Shown in pieces: positions 62,790 to 64,000 of a stretch of DNA of 64,000 bases. The DNA is from an uncultured Alphaproteobacteria bacterium (GTDB taxonomy: Bacteria > Pseudomonadota > Alphaproteobacteria > Rhizobiales > Xanthobacteraceae): assembly GCA_963753925.1 (NCBI GenBank), contig CAVWEF010000007.1, positions 46,436 to 110,435 on the forward strand, given 5' to 3'. The first letter of the stretch is position 1, and each line of letters begins with the position of its first letter. A model generated the notes under the pieces. It had not been told where the DNA came from, made no database searches, and saw only the letters and a program-made list of their open reading frames with translations. The translations under genes were made by a program, and so were the position numbers.

Positions 62790-63896
62790 TTAACTTGGGT
62801 TAGGCGTGGATGAAATGGGGTTTGCTCGTACCGGCGCGCCGGGGCGGATGCCCTGCAACCCTTCCACTATAACCTGTTCACCTCCAGACAGACCTGCGTC
62901 GACTACCATGCCGGTTCCACTGGGGCCGCCTGTCTTGATGCGCTTCACTATGGCCTTACCGTCCTCGACCACAAAAACATAGACGCCTTGCTGATCGGCG
63001 ATGAGAGCGGCTTGAGGCACCACAACTTTCTCTTCCGGAGTGCCACTCTCAAGCATGACCCGCACCAGTTGGCCGTCGATAAGGGCGCCGGTCGGGTTCG
63101 GTATAGTTGCCCTAGCAAGCACGGTATCGGTGGTGCGGTCTACCGTGACATCGACGAAGTTCATTTCGCCCAATTGGTTGTAGATTGAACCATCGGAAAA
63201 ACGAATACGGACCTTGATGCTCTTTAATTTTGCTTGGCGGCTGCTCTCCTCGGCGCGCAGGAACTCGCGTTGGCTCACGGGAAATGTCACGTACATTGGA
63301 TTTTGACTGACGATTATGGTCAACACGCCAGAACTCGGGCCGACGACGTTCCCTTTAGTAATGTTCGTCTTACCGATTTTGCCGGTAATTGGTGAAACAA
63401 TATCCGTATAGCCGAGATTGATCTTTGCGGTAGCGAGATCGGCTTCTGCAGTCGTGATTGCGGCATCGGCCTGCTTGTCCGCGGCAAGCGCCCGGTCGCG
63501 GTCGGCCACACTGCCCGCACGTTGCGCAAGCAGATTCTCGGCCCTCTGCAACTCTACTGCAGTAAGAATTTTTTGCGCCTTGGCTCGCTCCAACACGCCT
63601 TGGGCCTGCGTGACCGCAGCTTCGAATAGTCCCTTCTCGATGCGATAGATCGGGTCGCCCTCTTTGACGAGATCGCCTTCCTTGAACAGGACAGCATCGA
63701 GGTATCCGGTCACACGCGCCTTGACTTCGACGCGTTCGATCGCTTCAACGCGCCCAACAAAATCGAGCGTCCTACCGATGGGCTTGCGCTCTGCATAGAC
63801 AGTCCCGACCGCAACAGCAGAGGGTTGCCCCTGCTGCGCATGGACGGATACCCCCAAGCAACAAGAGACAACTAGTATACCGATCATAAGGCGCAT
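62790..63896 (-). CDS. RND periplasmic adaptor (membrane fusion protein)
   Basis: VEVKARVTGYL, INLGYTDIVSPITG, VDRTTDT; start taken at MRLMIG. Confidence 0.92.
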   Translation of the reverse strand: MRLMIGILVVSCCLGVSVHAQQGQPSAVAVGTVYAERKPIGRTLDFVGRVEAIERVEVKARVTGYLDAVLFKEGDLVKEGDPIYRIEKGLFEAAVTQAQGVLERAKAQKILTAVELQRAENLLAQRAGSVADRDRALAADKQADAAITTAEADLATAKINLGYTDIVSPITGKIGKTNITKGNVVGPSSGVLTIIVSQNPMYVTFPVSQREFLRAEESSRQAKLKSIKVRIRFSDGSIYNQLGEMNFVDVTVDRTTDTVLARATIPNPTGALIDGQLVRVMLESGTPEEKVVVPQAALIADQQGVYVFVVEDGKAIVKRIKTGGPSGTGMVVDAGLSGGEQVIVEGLQGIRPGAPVRANPISSTPNPS

Positions 63897-64000
63897 GTCC
63901 GTCTCCAAATTCGTTTTCGTCGCCCTGCAAGTTGCGTTTCTATGTCGTCGAGATTCCAGCGCGAAGATTCTGTGCAGCAACCTCACCATTTCGGCGGTCG

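Noticed and set aside
28000-64000. Integron cassette array
   Set aside because: No intI gene and no recognisable attC pattern; gene orientation is mixed.

Overview
Alphaproteobacterial chromosome segment (Hyphomicrobiales, Xanthobacteraceae/Nitrobacteraceae-like; inferred from gene content). 1-19.2 kb is GC-rich core genome: SGNH hydrolase, opgC-like, apaG, L,D-transpeptidase, hslO, argF/argD, gcrA, an IS1595 relic, phoR-pstSCAB-phoU-phoB with a Pho box, and an ECF sigma/anti-sigma pair followed by a stand-alone subtilase-propeptide-like gene. 19.2-27.9 kb is an integrase-less island bounded by a 45-bp direct repeat of the 3' half of an unusual tRNA-Arg with a TCG anticodon. It carries a REC-GGDEF/PilZ/Fis-HTH module with CtrA-like boxes, an IS3 element and duplicated Cys/His microproteins. 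28-64 kb is a visibly lower-GC accessory region with two sulfatases, an octaheme cytochrome-HEAT-TPR protein, HdeA, carbonic anhydrase, DUF2950, DUF3300 with an S74-type autocleaving chaperone tail, an RND pump, many small secreted proteins, IS fragments, a MITE and dispersed repeats. At least five genes have single-base frameshifts, probably sequencing errors. All calls come from reading the sequence and recognising motifs; no searches were run.
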